Program-made: the position numbers and the translations under genes
In this document: in pieces, positions 11,908 through 26,500 of the stretch
Position numbering within the stretch: the stretch's first letter is position 1
How the letters are laid out: each line of letters opens with the position of its first letter
The notes under the pieces: generated by a model
Told to the model about the DNA's origin: nothing
Seen by the model: only the letters and a program-made list of their open reading frames with translations
The model's database searches: none
NCBI GenBank assembly: GCA_051362555.1
Contig: CM120642.1
Coordinates: 6,572,001 to 6,636,000 of the forward strand
Source of the DNA: Lingula anatina
Lineage: Eukaryota > Animalia > Brachiopoda
Direction: 5' to 3'
Length of the DNA stretch: 64,000 nt

Positions 11908-14847
11908 GTTTGCTCTATGTTCATCCACGTAGAATAAGAACACTCGTGCGCCTTGGTATTTGAAATGGCATCAACGAAGGTACACAGACCATGTTTATAA
12001 TCCGTTAGATAATACCGTTTTCTTATTTTAATCTAATAACGTCATGAATGGCGAACGGTGTAGGAGTTCCCAACCCACGTCCCCCACACCAGTGTTCGCG
12101 TAAGTGGTCAATAGGGTGAAAGCGATCACCTTTTCGTCCTCACTCGATAACTAGTTCCTTCCCACCTTGACCAATGCTGCAGGTATATACTTCTTATCGA
12201 TTCCTTGTTCACAAGTAAGTGACTCTGCTCACCGTAGCCTTAACATTCTGCCACGGCTGTCTCCTTGGCAACGTCTCTTAATTCCATAAGAATCTACCTC
12301 AATCAGCACCTCCATATATAACTATAAAGACACCTACTTTAGCAGATCTTAAAAAGGCTTCCAGGTAAAGATACGCAATACCTTGTAAGAAATGGCACTG
12401 CAACAAAAACAAGGAGCTTTTTTCTTCTTTTTCGTCTTTAATGATCGCTTTATGGCTACAGGCATGTCTTATAGGGATTGTACGGTGAAAATTGAAACAT
12501 GGGAGGGACCTGGCATGACAACAATACAGACAACGAATAATCCATGGAATACATAGCTGATGCAAAATGTGCATAAATTAAAATGAGATGTATAAATTTG
12601 TGTATAAAGACTTATGCCTCACACACAAAGACACACAAGCAAACACGAAACCTTAAGTAATTTTTTCTCAATTCTCTGTAATTTCCGGCGAACTTCCATC
12701 TCCTGCGACTCCCGAGCGTGGCTATTACATCCTCGTGCTGTCTCCAAATATCAATTATGGATTAAGCCCTTTAAAACATCATTAGTTAAGGACGCCGCCT
12801 CAGATTTTTTTTTCATTCTCAAGAGACTGTGCGGAGTGTCTCCACTGTGTGAATCAGAAATAACCATTGGGCAAATTGAGGTATATAGAAAACAGACCCT
12901 TCGGACTACACTGTGTTGTTCTTCCATGTCTACAACAATCAAAGGTATATTGTCCCCGTTTCAAAATCATATTTTTATGTCAAAATACAAAGCTACATGC
13001 ACTTATCATTCCACAATTCCGACCTTAAAAAACGATAAAATTCCACAATATAAAAGTGCCGGATGTCGATATTTTCTTTAAAAATGTACAAACAGAAATG
13101 GCGATCTAAGTAGCTGGTCGGTCATTTAGAACTAAATCATTCAACTTTAGATGGTATAAAATCAATCAAATCCAAATGCAAGGACGTAAAGGTCGAGTAA
13201 TGATTCGCAAGTAGGAGAAAATTGCTTTTTTTTTTGGACTAAAATCCGATTTAAAACGAAAATCCTGGGGATGACACCTATAAATGATTTCAAACAAACA
13301 CGATCACTTAAGCAGCACTAACTTATCGCATTTTCTTACCGCAGATACTGACGCTGTTATTGCTCGGTTTTTCTGACAGTGTCTTTGACGAATTGAATGT
13401 CTCCCTTATTTCTTTTTATTTTTCAATAATACACTGTATCAAAAGGGAATCAAATCTCAATCTTAGCAAAATGATTGTATTGCTCAAGGAACTATGGCGA
13501 GTGGATTGATTCATGTACGTATCTAACGGGGTTGACCCGCTGTGGCGATCGATTATTTCAGGGGGAAATAAGGACAATGGGGATTTTTTTCTGGAACGAG
13601 GACAGTAAATTACATTTATGCATACGTCAAGGCGCAATTGCAAATTATGCGTTCACTTGTTATGGAATGAGATCGACTAAACTAATTGATACCCGCAAAT
13701 TACCATCATTCATTATAATTAAATTCCTTATTGGCATGACATTCTTGTTTAGATTATTATTGCCATGCTATGGTATGCATCTAAATAAATGTACATGTAG
13801 GCCTATATTCCGAAACCTCTGTACCAAACATTGTACAACTGACGATGCAAGCTTTTGTTTGGTGATGTTTATATATAAATAAATTATCATAACGATGCAT
13901 CTATGAAGATCTAATTTCAAGATGAAATATCTTTATAGTAGGTATTCAAAGATGCATCATTATGGTAACTGAATAATTTCTTAAAGCCATATACGGTGAT
14001 TTAATGTGAATTTTGATGTGATGTTTGAAACGATGCAAATAATAAAAAACCTCACCCAAACAGTCAATTTATACCTGTCCGTGCCCGAGTCTGTTTTAGA
14101 GCTTAGGGGTTAATCAAATCAAACATGTTTTGTATAATCATACCAGAAATTAGATTTCAATACAATCAATTAGCCGGTAATTAACATCTGTAGACTAACT
14201 TAACTCAAAGTACCCTTTCGCGTTCGTCATTAAAACGGCTTTCGACCTCGGTGGCAGCATGACCTTGACATCTCACACTGCCTAATTGAATCATAAATCG
14301 CGCCCCTTTCACACAATAACTGCTATTTTGTTACAGGAAATTTCAACATTCACATTTCGCATTTTATCACATTCATGAAGATTTTCGGAATCAAAGCAAT
14401 GCATTCGACGATTGGTATTGAAACTATTTCGTTTTAAAGTCAAAGCAAGCGTGTAAGACAAACACAAATGGTATAAAAGATCATAATACTAATACAAAAC
14501 AAAAATTGTGGCCTATAACGGTTCAGCTAATAGTTATGAATGGCGGTACTGTTGCGTAGGAATGAAAAATTGCTGGTGGCCTTTACGTCCTTTTTTAGCC
14601 ACAAGGCGTCTTGAGCATCCTGTCCAGAAACGATGGCGGCCATTGAGAGTATCTGCAAATAAATTGCTAGAACGGTTTTGATTCATCGTGGACCATTAAC
14701 GCCGAGGTGATAAATTGTTCCAGAACAGATCCAAGATCTTATATAAAAAGTGTAGTAGTTAGTTTTAACTACTCTTAGACTGCTCTTTTTAATACTTGCT
14801 ATACGCACGGATCCAATGGTCATACAACTTATGTGACCTTCAATAGC

Positions 14848-14885
<38 letters not shown>

Positions 14886-15157
14886 GTGTTCTAGCATATG
14901 TACCATAATGTAGTGCTTTATCACTGAAGCTCTGAAATCACATATTTCTACGAAGAAAATCAAGAAACATTGCAAAAATTTCCCAGAGACACGAAGTCTT
15001 TTTTCTACTTTTCTCAATATTGTTGTGTGAGCACTAGATCAAAACGATAGCATCTTCCCGATGGAATCGACTGACATGTCCATTACTCATAACAGCTTCT
15101 GCGAGGTTTGGCCTCGAAACCTACTGATGTGTTTATGGAATTCAATTGTGTGTCTGT

Positions 15158-15189
<32 letters not shown>

Positions 15190-17251
15190 CCCATTCAACA
15201 ATATTTCTCTTTCAAGCAACGATACCCAGTACTGGTAATATTTTTCTTTCATCATATGACTTCAGAAAAAGTCGACCACATTTGTAATAAAAGTACATGC
15301 AGTAGGCCTATACAGGCGGGAAAATAGTACATGTATATGAAACAATATATACTTTATTGAGTGACAACATCATTTCATTTTACCGCATCTCAATACGGTT
15401 GATCTGTGCCTTTTGATCTACTAGTCATAATCCTCAAAATGAACGGATCGTGTGTTTGATCTCAAGCGCGAGAGGGATTGCCTTGCTGAGATTGATTTTA
15501 TCAATTTTATCATTTCCATGCTGCAACTTCCAGCGTAAACTACTACTAGGTGCTGCACATAGGGATTCTGCGGTAAAACAAATCAGTTTTGAAGAATATA
15601 TCGGTGTCCACAGTGCGTGGAGCCAATTTCCTGACAGAAAGTGTCGTTCACAAAATAAAGGCAAGTTTGGCGTAGTCAAACGACATTTTATGGCGACAAC
15701 AATCTCCAGAGCTTATTTACGCACATGTGCATTCTGCACATGCTCAATTGCCCCCTAGATGGGTAGTCTCCATTAAAAGGAAGCAATGAGTTTTGCAGGA
15801 TAATACTTAAATAAGTCATTACGGACATTACATTTCGGGTCAAGATCCCCATAAATGACACCCAATTTTTTAGAAGAAAATAGCATCTACCGTGACATAG
15901 CTTTGATATGAATCCCTTAAGCCGAGTTAATTACTCTCAGCAAACGCAATGTTGAATGTAATATTCCACTAATACATTTCATAAAAATTATATTCGTACT
16001 TAGGATATTTTCCTTAAGCCTACTGCTTTTTCTTTGCGTTTTCTAAGTCATTGAAAGTCATTGGTATTTGTCACATTTCTTGCAATGCTACTTATCAAGC
16101 ATATTCACACATGTAGCAAATTGTTTTCCACAACAATAATAAATATATAATACAAAATAATAAAAAAAAACTATTACTGTTGCAAATAAATCTAAAATAC
16201 AGTAATCAGAAAAAAAAAATCAATAAAAGAGTGATTTACATCAGGGTACGTGTGAAGACGTAAAACTATGAAATGAAAAAGACAACCCATTTCTTTAATT
16301 CAACATCAAGGCCAGCTAACTGCTCCAATAGAACGATGAAATAGAGAAAAGAAACTCACAGGAAGTCGATAGATGGCGCACACTGCCGATAACACAAGAT
16401 AAACTGACTAGTGACAGACACGCAATGCTAAATTCGTTGTTGCTTCGACTCGTGCAGGCGCGTAAAAGATAAGACTTAGTACAGGGCTCTGTCCTTCGTT
16501 AGTGGTAGAAGTAGGACATTTAAAACAGGACTTATCTTCAAGTAATTTCCGCTTTTATTGTGTGCAATTCATCTGTAGGGGAACTGGGGGGGGGGGGTTG
16601 AGGTCGCGTTATCAACAGTGACAAAACAGATATTAATGGTATGACATTTTCAGTGACATCTCCGTGAGGGAGTCTTAACATTAATAAAGTTTACATACTG
16701 AAACTATACGACATTTCAGTTGCAATGCGTAAATGTACACGTAAATGATCAAGGTCAACACGAAAGGACAACGGAATAAAGAAAAGCATTTTCTAATTAA
16801 AATGCGCATTAAAGGTTTTGTTCTCTCCACAGTATAAACGCTGGTAAAGAAATTCAATTGAGTTAAGATGGTAATGAGACGTAGAAGAGTTCTTCTCAGT
16901 CTCAAGAGAGATTCTTTTATTGAACACTCGCTATCAAACTGCTACACTTGCCCTAGCACATTCAGTGATGTTAATAAAGACGAAATGTGTCTGGTTCTAC
17001 GTAGCACGGCTTCAATTATCGAAAACTCAGTAAAAATGGCATCTTTTGGGGGTGAACGATAAAGTACAAAGGAAAGGAGCCAGACTACAGCAGGAGGTAT
17101 ATATTATATCAAATTAATCCTTAGGGAAAAATAAGACAGAAAAAAGAAAGTGTGCCTTCGGGAAAATGTTACTGTTGAGATGTTCTCGAATGTCATCGTA
17201 TGTGCTACCCCACTCTCTTTTTCTCTCTCTCAAACACACACACGCACACAG

Positions 17252-17297
<46 letters not shown>

Positions 17298-19141
17298 TGC
17301 ACACACCACGAATGCCACATATAACAGCAGTACAATCCACAAGACGCGAGCAGAACATGCAGTCACTGCATATTGTTAGGACGATTAATGCCGCCTCCTT
17401 CTCATTACTAAAATCCAATTGATATTCATGTTTTTATTCTAACCCCGTCTCACGTCTAAGCAGGTTAAGAAGGCGTATGTTCATTCCAAGAAGCCAGTGT
17501 TACAAGAACCCAGGCTACAGTACAGTCCTGGTGTGCCCGGACAACTAGAGGGAAATACAAAACTAGTTAGCAAGAACCGTGACTCAATTAGCTCTGCGTA
17601 GATCAGGTGAATACAGCCTTATCAAGAAAGAATCCATGACACATTTCACGTTTCTCACGAGGCAGTTGTGCTACTGCCACCAGTACCCCAGTGTGGCAGG
17701 GCGCGACTTTGTTTTCGTGCCTTAAATGTAATAGCTACAAAAACGTACATCTAAAAAATAAATAAATAGATAAATAAATGAATAAATAAATAAAATAATG
17801 ATAATAAAAACAAAAACAAAAACACAAGGGAGGATTTTTAAAAGACTGAAAATCACTTTCCGCCATTGTGATGTATCGTTCCCTCGTCTCTTTTACAAAA
17901 AAGCCCCAAGACAAGCTTTGCATCATTCCCGTTTTTATACTAGACCTTACTAACGGGCAGTCTGCACGTCGCTCCTAGGAAAACTGCGGTATTGCACACA
18001 GTTACACATAATACTTGGAAATTCAAATATAAAAACAGCAAATTGCCAAGCACCACGTTACAAATAAAAGGCCATTAACACCCACAAAAGGCCCAAAGAT
18101 TGCCATTTGGGAATGTTTCACTGGGCAGTGCATTGCTAGTTTAAATAGGTGTATCGATTTTTTTATATTCCTGCTTGTCTTCGGACTTTCTTTGTAAGCT
18201 AATCTTATCTATTTTGGCGTGAAATAAAGATGTTTCTTTGGGGGAAAAATTACCATTTTATCCCTCATTGTTGCCCGTTAATTTTAGTCTAGAGTATCCG
18301 GTGTCTGGCATGAAAATAATTGAGGAGCGATGGCATGGATAGATTTACACTAAGTATATGTAAATCTGCTCTATATCCAAGTAATTATTTTTGAAATCTC
18401 TTATGTACCGAAAATTAAAGGTACTATAATAATAGGGTCTAGTAAGTTTCGCTTAAACAGATACAATTGTTGCCATTGTATGTTACTATGCTTTCTGAGA
18501 GAGAGAGAGAGAGAGATATTTAAGAATGAAGTGGTGGTTATAATGATGCTTCAAGTCATTATCATTTCCCCCCATTTTTTACAACATCGTGATCACGCAG
18601 ACATTGCGATAATCAATTGTGTTCATTGCTTCGTACGTTTCAATTTTGGTCACTACTCAACGCTGGTTGGTGATCAATCTAACAGGCCCTTGCCTGCCAG
18701 AAAACATAACGGGAGAAAGGAACAAAGAATCGATCTTGATGTTTGCAATAGACGAACTAGTACTTTTAATGATATGTTTTGTAGCAGGTGATCTTTCGAC
18801 CCAGTCTTACCAGAGCATAAGCTTTAGGGAGATTCTACTGCAATTTCCTCAAAATGAATCTTATGGGATACACTGTTTTGGGTGATCCTAAAAGACATTT
18901 GATTTGGTTTTAACACTCAATTGTTTATCGTGAACAGCTGTATACATGGTACAATTATGCCCAGTCTTTTTGAGTATTAATGTTAATTTCCAAATATGCT
19001 ACCAACCGTGTGATGTTGACGAATTCAGAAAATATTACCTGGACTGTCCTTCATATTGGGCTATATCGATACCGCCGTCACAGAACAAAAAGGTATGTGT
19101 TTTATAAAAAGTAAGTATATGTATGTATATGAATTCTCAAT

Positions 19142-19183
<42 letters not shown>

Positions 19184-19309
19184 CAAAAATAATCTCATAC
19201 TTAGATTTGAGTCTCCTCTCCTTTTAGAACAAAACATAGATTCGGTGAGCTTCTTAGCCTATGGCTATATAAAATACATTACGCGGTATCCCTATAGGAC
19301 ATCACGCCT

Positions 19310-19490
19310 CCAATGACAGAGTTCCATAAAATAAAACAGCAACTCTTTACAACGTAATGTACATTACACAAGCAAATGCGTGATTAGCGTTACGCCTCCA
19401 ATGGTAAACTGTACAATTCCATAGAGCTTAAACGGCAGCTCTTCATGACACAATGTACTATACCATAAGAAATAACGCGAGCATTGTTAC
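19310..19490. repeat. Degenerate two-copy tandem duplication, unit ~80 bp
   Basis: acgcctccaatg..ttccata..aaac.gca.ctctt..aatgtac occurs twice in the same order. Confidence 0.65.
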
Positions 19491-22400
19491 TGTTAAGAGA
19501 CAAAAGCGGTCGCTTTATATTTACATCGGTAGTGTATAAAATCTTGTAAAGACATCTAGTGGGAATTTAAATGGGTCTGATAGAAACAGTAATGTTCCTG
19601 CTTCACTTTTTGCCATTTTTCATTTGAGTTGTACCAATGTGATAAGCATATGTTGAACATTTTCATTAGAAATGGTATTCTATTGTTTTTTTTTTTCAAA
19701 TTCGGGCCTTCGAGTGTGTCTGCTAACTCTTCCTGCTAGTCAACTTATTCATTATTCACCACCATATTTCGTGTAATATATGGAATTGCCTATTGTCAGA
19801 TCTTAGTTGGTTGATGAATCAGATTTTCCATACCATTACCCGTATCCATTTGTCATTTGAAATGGATCGGAATTATTTGCCTTTAATATTTTCCTAGCCA
19901 GAGTTAGCTTGGGCGTTAAGGAAAAACAATTGGAAGCTCGGGAAGACAGGAGGGTTATAGTATTTGCCACGACACACCTGAAGAGGTACACAAGAAGGTT
20001 TCGCGTTTTTTTTTTTTTTTTTTTTTTTTTTTGTTAGAAAAAGATGGGTTTGGTACACCTAGACTTACATCAAGGCGTACACATGTATTATACATTTTTA
20101 GAAATCAAATACGAGGTATTCAACGTAAATCAGCCTAACAAGATAAACTGCACAAAGAGAAAAACAAGACGCCACCAATACAGTAGGGAGCACTGTAGAG
20201 TCAAATTATTGCCGGTTAACGCTAACTCCAATTTAAAGACAAGTGTTACAGATTCGAGTTTTGTCTTATTTTCAACATAGATATCGAGCTATAAATACTA
20301 TGCATGGCAGCCTGATACCAGTTAATATGTATTTATTCCGAGTTACACAGCCATTAAATTCGCAATCTAACTGCGTCAATACTGTAGTTAATCATTAACA
20401 GGAGAAAGAAGGAGACCATAAGTATTTGATGAGGTAAATATTCTCAGGATACAAGAAAAATATTGGCTACGTTAATATATAGACGGATTTGTGGCTAGCT
20501 CCAGTATTTGTAACTGTGATAATTCTGCTCAGGCAGCAGCACCATAAATCGTTCAGTGCCATGAAACCGTGTCAGAGAGTATAACGAGATGTGTTTCTAT
20601 GACAACTAAAATGTGTATCATGTTTTACAAACGATGTTCTTTGTCAACAATCTTTTCTGACTGATAACTACACGCCGATTTTATAATCATAGTAGTGATT
20701 TTCTGATTCCAGGAAATATACAATGACACGAAGTCACCTGCGCCTATGCATGTACATAGCCCATGGCGTTATATCGGCATACGGTACATATATTCATTAA
20801 AAAACACAACTGTGCAGCCTTGAACATATTTGTGTGCATGCAAATATGTTGTTTGTTTTCAAATGATCTCCTGCAATGTTAATTCGATTATGCGTAGGCG
20901 TGTATGTGTGTGTGTGTGTGTGGGGGGGGGGGGGTGTGCAGGTGTGCCATGTTTGCATGTACGGGTGTTCGTGCGTGCGAGCGCGCGCCTGCAGACATAT
21001 AAGTGCCTGTATATTCATATACGGTACAAGGACATTTTTTCTCTTCTATCACACATCCTCATCATAATTCCCCTTTTATCCCGCTAACTTACTTTTTTTC
21101 ATTCAAATATGAAAGCCATTTTTCCCCAAACACCTTTGGAATAACCTAAAATACACTACAATGTAGCAATTCTGGACGTAGGGAACACTAAATTGCTTTA
21201 AAGCTATCTCTCTCCCACACCTGGCCTAAAAACTTTTACACTGTCACTGACTATAAAGGATGGGGAGTTTAAACAACAATTCACATTTCATTACACTTAT
21301 TACGAAACGATGCGTGCTTTTACCAGCAATAATTTTTATATTGCGTCAGGCGACTTAATAATCGCTTTTATCTAACTGGCATGGTGATTTGCTCTCTGTC
21401 GCAAATTTATCTGTACGGTTCGTAGAATCAGGAAATTGAATTAAAACGCCTTCCATTGCGTAACAAGGCAACGTAAAAAAAAAAAAAAAAAAAACGCTTG
21501 CTATCGCCACAGAAATAAACATTCTAATTCAGTTAATGGAAATGACAAGGCGCACATGTTATGTCGTGACACGTTTTGTAGTAATGGTATAAGGAAAATA
21601 GTATACATAAAAGATTAAGACGCCTAATTAGGTCATAGTTTGACCTGCGTATGAAGGAGCATATCATTTTGAATACTGTAAGAAAATAATATACAGGCAA
21701 AAGAAATCGTGAAAATATAAAAACGCCAATACCAGTGCTAACTTCATACAGCTAAACTAAAATAACGATTATTCACTTGATACGTTACATAAATACAGTT
21801 TAACTGCCCATTTTTATTGACCGTCTGACCTTAACGTTTTCCATGCCAATAACCCAAGAAAAGAGAGTCGTGAGAACCGAGCACTTATACCCTCTTCCCC
21901 TAATTCACTGGCAAACTCCAGGCAAGTACCATTAATATATTATCCACTGTCGCTCAGACACAATTATACGACAGATATTTGATTTTAAACCGCGCAGACA
22001 TGTCTGGAATAGTACAGAAACAGCTTCGTAATCAGTGTGTTACTGTCAAAGCCGCTATCTCAATATAAATCCTATAGGGAATCAATACACAAAATATGGA
22101 CGGATGAGTTCCTAATACAAATGTTCGTAGTTTACGTCTCACCGCTCACTTTCGTTCGAGTACACAGATGGGTTCATCATGTTCATTTATCCCCTATGAT
22201 AGAATGCAACCGAGTACACGTAAACAGGTGTTTGGAATGGATAAAAATAGTTGCTTGTGGGGGCGAAAGGTAAAGTTTGAATCATTTTAAACGATTTTTC
22301 TGAGTCATTTAAAAAGACATATATAATGGGTTCGTTAAATGCTACCAGCACTTCCTCCTCTCTGCCTCTTTAAAACTGTGCTCCTGACACTGTTAGAAGA

Positions 22401-23435
22401 TTAAGATATTCAGAAAAAAATTCTAAAAATTCTACGACCAATCTACCTGCTTGACTGCACTTCGGGTAATAAATGGGCAGAGAAGAACACATGATATCAT
22501 GCCAAACATATCGAGACACAAACGCATACATCTAGAAGATGTTTAATCGTTTAGAAAAATTGAAATGAATACATTAGCCTCTGGAGTTTCAAATTAACCA
22601 TACAATGAAAGGCAATCTATAGCATTTCGGCGTGAGTAAAGTAAACACTGCTTTGCGTGATAAAATCATTATAGCCACATTCTCGTATTTCTAAGACGCA
22701 AAGGAAGACGGAAAAACTTAAAAGCACTGACGCTACTATTTTTTTTTAATTTGGTGTAAAGTTACAAGCTCATTCAAACTCTATTTTTAAGCACACAAAA
22801 GATAGACTAATAGCGTGACACACCCGCTTTTTTAAATCAACAAGAAAATCATCAGTAGTTTTATCACGTGCTTTTACTCTGGTTACATGTGACAAAACAC
22901 TGGTAGGCGCAACGCAGTCACCGTTGCATTTTCGTCTATTGAATACCGAACCTGTGGTATTTCAAGAAATAATTCATGTCGACCCTGTCTATATAGTTAT
23001 TCTTTCATATAGGATGGCACTGCAAATATATTAGCCTATTTGCATTTAACGTACTAGTATGTGACAGCAGGGATTCGAATAAGATAAATAGGCCTACATA
23101 TCTGAACTAAACCAGCTGAGACAGGTGTTATACTCATCACACGCATAAGAATGTGTACATAAAACACATTGTTTATATGTGAAATATAACCGTACCAATA
23201 TAGTTGGTGTATCACATTTGCAATGAACTTAACCGTTGAAAAAATTTAGGCCCTGTAAAAAAGTTAAGACTCTAGATTTCTCCCCGCATTTCATCTGCAA
23301 TGCACTGGTCTATTTATGTAGCTTTCACTAGTTTAAGATGACGATTAAAGAAATATCTGACTTCTTGAGGTAATGATGATTAAGATATTGCTTGTTAAAA
23401 ATGTGGTCATATGTAACCTATACCAACAATATTAC

Positions 23436-23587
23436 CTGTACGCTCTTTTCCTGTAATAGTCACTTGTTTCCACCGCGAACATCCCAATATTAGCCAGCCC
23501 TGACGCCACTGGTGAACGACTAGCTGCTCGGCGAGGCGACAGAGAATTCTCAGACCGAAATTGAAGTTTCTCCCTAAAAGCGGCCAT
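23436..23587 (-). CDS. GARNL3: Candidate alternative first coding exon C (MAAFREKLQF...TSDYYRKRAY)
   Basis: aaaaacATGG start context, 50 codons plus 2 nt, AG|gtaata donor in phase 2; locally GC/CpG-richer; too short for the ORF track. Confidence 0.72.
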
Positions 23588-26500
23588 GTTTTTCTTCTCT
23601 CGGTGTCAAATCGGAGGAATAAAGTCCTAAACCGTACGTGCTGTCATGCCAAAGCTAGTAGCAAAAATCTAAGCTCGTGTATTGATGTTTACCCTAAGTG
23701 AGAAGCGCCCGTAATATCGCTGATTGCCATTTGGCCATCTATTTGTCTAGCTGTTCAATACGGATGAGCACGCGGATATGTCTCGGAGTCGTTTAAGATT
23801 CGCGAAACACATTGATGCGTACTCCGCTGATAGATTAACTAAACAGAAAGCGTTGGACTGATACAAGTCAAAATGTTACACTGTCATTTGTAAGCAACGG
23901 CAGCTTTCCGTTATATTGATTCAACAGATTACGATTTGAAATCAGTCCAGATACACAAATAAATCTTCTGTGCGTCAGGTAAGAATTGGTCATTACTGGA
24001 CTGGTGACGTCGGTGTTGCTCAGTTCTTATACGCTTATCCTTTTTTAATAAGGGTTGAAAAACATTAAGATAAAATTATTAAGAAAACCGCTAGGTTGGC
24101 ATCCGGGGTTCGGGAGATTGTAATTAGTGTCACCAATAGATAGCAGGATGAATCTTCTTGCTGAGGAAAAGATGGATTAACAGCGTTTTCCTGGTACGAG
24201 TTCCTGGTAATCAGAGGGCATTCTGCCAGACACTCCTGCGTCTTGCAGGGTCATCCACTTCTTGCAATTACACCGAGGTTACCTCTCCCACTGACGAAAA
24301 TACTACTGACAAGATTTCCGATCGGGTTCAGTGTGATTTTACCAGCCTCGGAGTTAGACACGGCTATTTCGAGATCGCAAACTGTGCTATGTTGCCCTAG
24401 TTTGCCCTTTCAGTATTTCCATCTGCCAACGCCTTGTGTGTCTCATTATTATGTCTGATGCACGACGCACCTACACTGTGCGCCAGCAGTTGGCTGAAAA
24501 AGGCTACTCAACAGATGTTCTAACACAGCGCACTTCAGGCAGTTTGACAGCCATTAAATGGCTCTTGTCTTAACCGCTAATGTATACATTACCACTGTGT
24601 CTAATCCTTGACCCAAGATAAAATTTGTTCTTAAAACACGAGTGGCTTGATTTATGTGTATGTGATAAACCACAGCTGGTCCCTTATTGACAGTTTTTAC
24701 ATTTGTGAGTGCGTGTGTTATGCACGGTTCTCAGCCCTGGAAGTCGGAAGTCGTATGTCATCGGGTGTGCTTACCGGTTCTAGGTTCAACATTTCATCGA
24801 TCTTGGCTTCCGATATTTATTCAATTCTCTACCTTAAGGGGTCTTCCTCTCATACATTGTGCTAATTTCGGCGCTGAACTATTCTCTGACCGCAGGGTGC
24901 GCTGCTAGTCTGTTACAGAACTATTGTATCGCCTATACTTTATTTTGCATGCTATTTTAGAGGCCCCAGATATCAAAAGCTGAAGGTGGCGATTGTGAAA
25001 TTTGGAGGTGGGTCAAAATTTCGACTCCTTGTACAGTGTAGCGCGCATACATGGTGTGTACAATATTTCTGTGGGGCTTTTAGCATATTAGTAATACCGT
25101 ACTGACCGAATGGGATCGTTTCAGAGTAGAATTGACCCATTAATACCAGGCGTACATGGTAAAGTAGGCTCGTTTACAGAGGATGGCAGGACATAAAATT
25201 CACCTTTGTGTCCAACGAGTCCATGGTAACGATCTGTTCGCTAACTCACTTGTTGTGTATTCACATATTTTTATTTTATAATGACCAGCCAACACAGTGC
25301 AAAGTGCAGAGCACGCCCACACGTAGCTTTCCACGAGTTTAATGATCAGACACAGTGTTGTTAATAAATCTGGAAACTGCCATACCGCGTTTTGAGATTG
25401 TTGGAGCAGTGCACAGTGATTTACCATGTACTGAGTACGTGTCTCTGTACATCAAAAATAATCGTGTAAAATTGTGCACTTGTATGATTTTTTTCTGCTC
25501 AGAAAATGAGATAAAAACCAAAAACGCCCTGCAATCTGGTCGCTCAACTTAGCGAGGGCGGAAGCTAACAGCGTACATTGTAGACCTGTGCAACGGTACC
25601 TTAAAGGGAATCACCCAGCACTGTACAGTGTATAAGGCAGGAGATAATAAGAACAACCACGATAAAACCAAGTTAATCAAAACAACGCCGACACGCAGGC
25701 GCCAAACAACAACTTTTAATTAGGAGCTCGTAAAAAATCACACCCATCTCCCCAGCAACCGTCATTTTGGCGATTGATGAAATATGAGAATACCATTGTA
25801 ATTATTTTTTGAGCACGCAACAATTATGTCGACCTGTACCTACCTGTAATTTTTTCCTCTCTTCTGTTTTCTGTATCACACTATAATATTCCCCTGTGAT
25901 GACCAGAGAAGGGACAACTCCTGTGTTGATATATGATGCCAAACCACTGAGGTGAATGCAAACGTAGGACAGATATTTTCAAGGTAATGTGTGTATATGA
26001 CATTGCAGTTCTATTTCAAATGCGTAACAGACTTTTACTGGGATTTTAAAATAATAGTAATCCCGACAGAACTCTCCACGAAAAAAAGAACTATAGTCTG
26101 CAAATAAAGGTAAAATGCACTTGAAATTTTGAAGGAAATGTGCGGTTTGAGACGTCAATTGATACGGCTGTTACTCCATTAATTTCTTTAAGCAGCCTAT
26201 TCTTTCCGTTGGTCAATACGAAATCGAACAAGTGTCTCTTCCAAGATTTCTTCTTTAAGGTGAAAAGAAGACTTTCATTTTAATTAATTGCATAGAATGC
26301 CGCCATGAATCCTCATGCCAGAGCGTGATATCTTTTTCAATCACGACAATGAGAATAGAAGCTGATTTGAATTGAATAAAGCGTTTTTATCGATTTTGCT
26401 AACCCATTATGTGATTATATATGTTACATGCTTCGAACCCTATTTACTGTCTCACCGCAGATCTCCTAGCCTTTTGGTAAACCAACATGTCTCCCAATGA

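Noticed and set aside
12040-12290. GC-richer segment vaguely like a SINE remnant
   Set aside because: No clear A/B boxes, tail, TSD or second copy in the window.
25844-25975. Open frame ending at CAG|gtaggt
   Set aside because: Phase 0 is incompatible with the shared acceptor, and there is no ATG.
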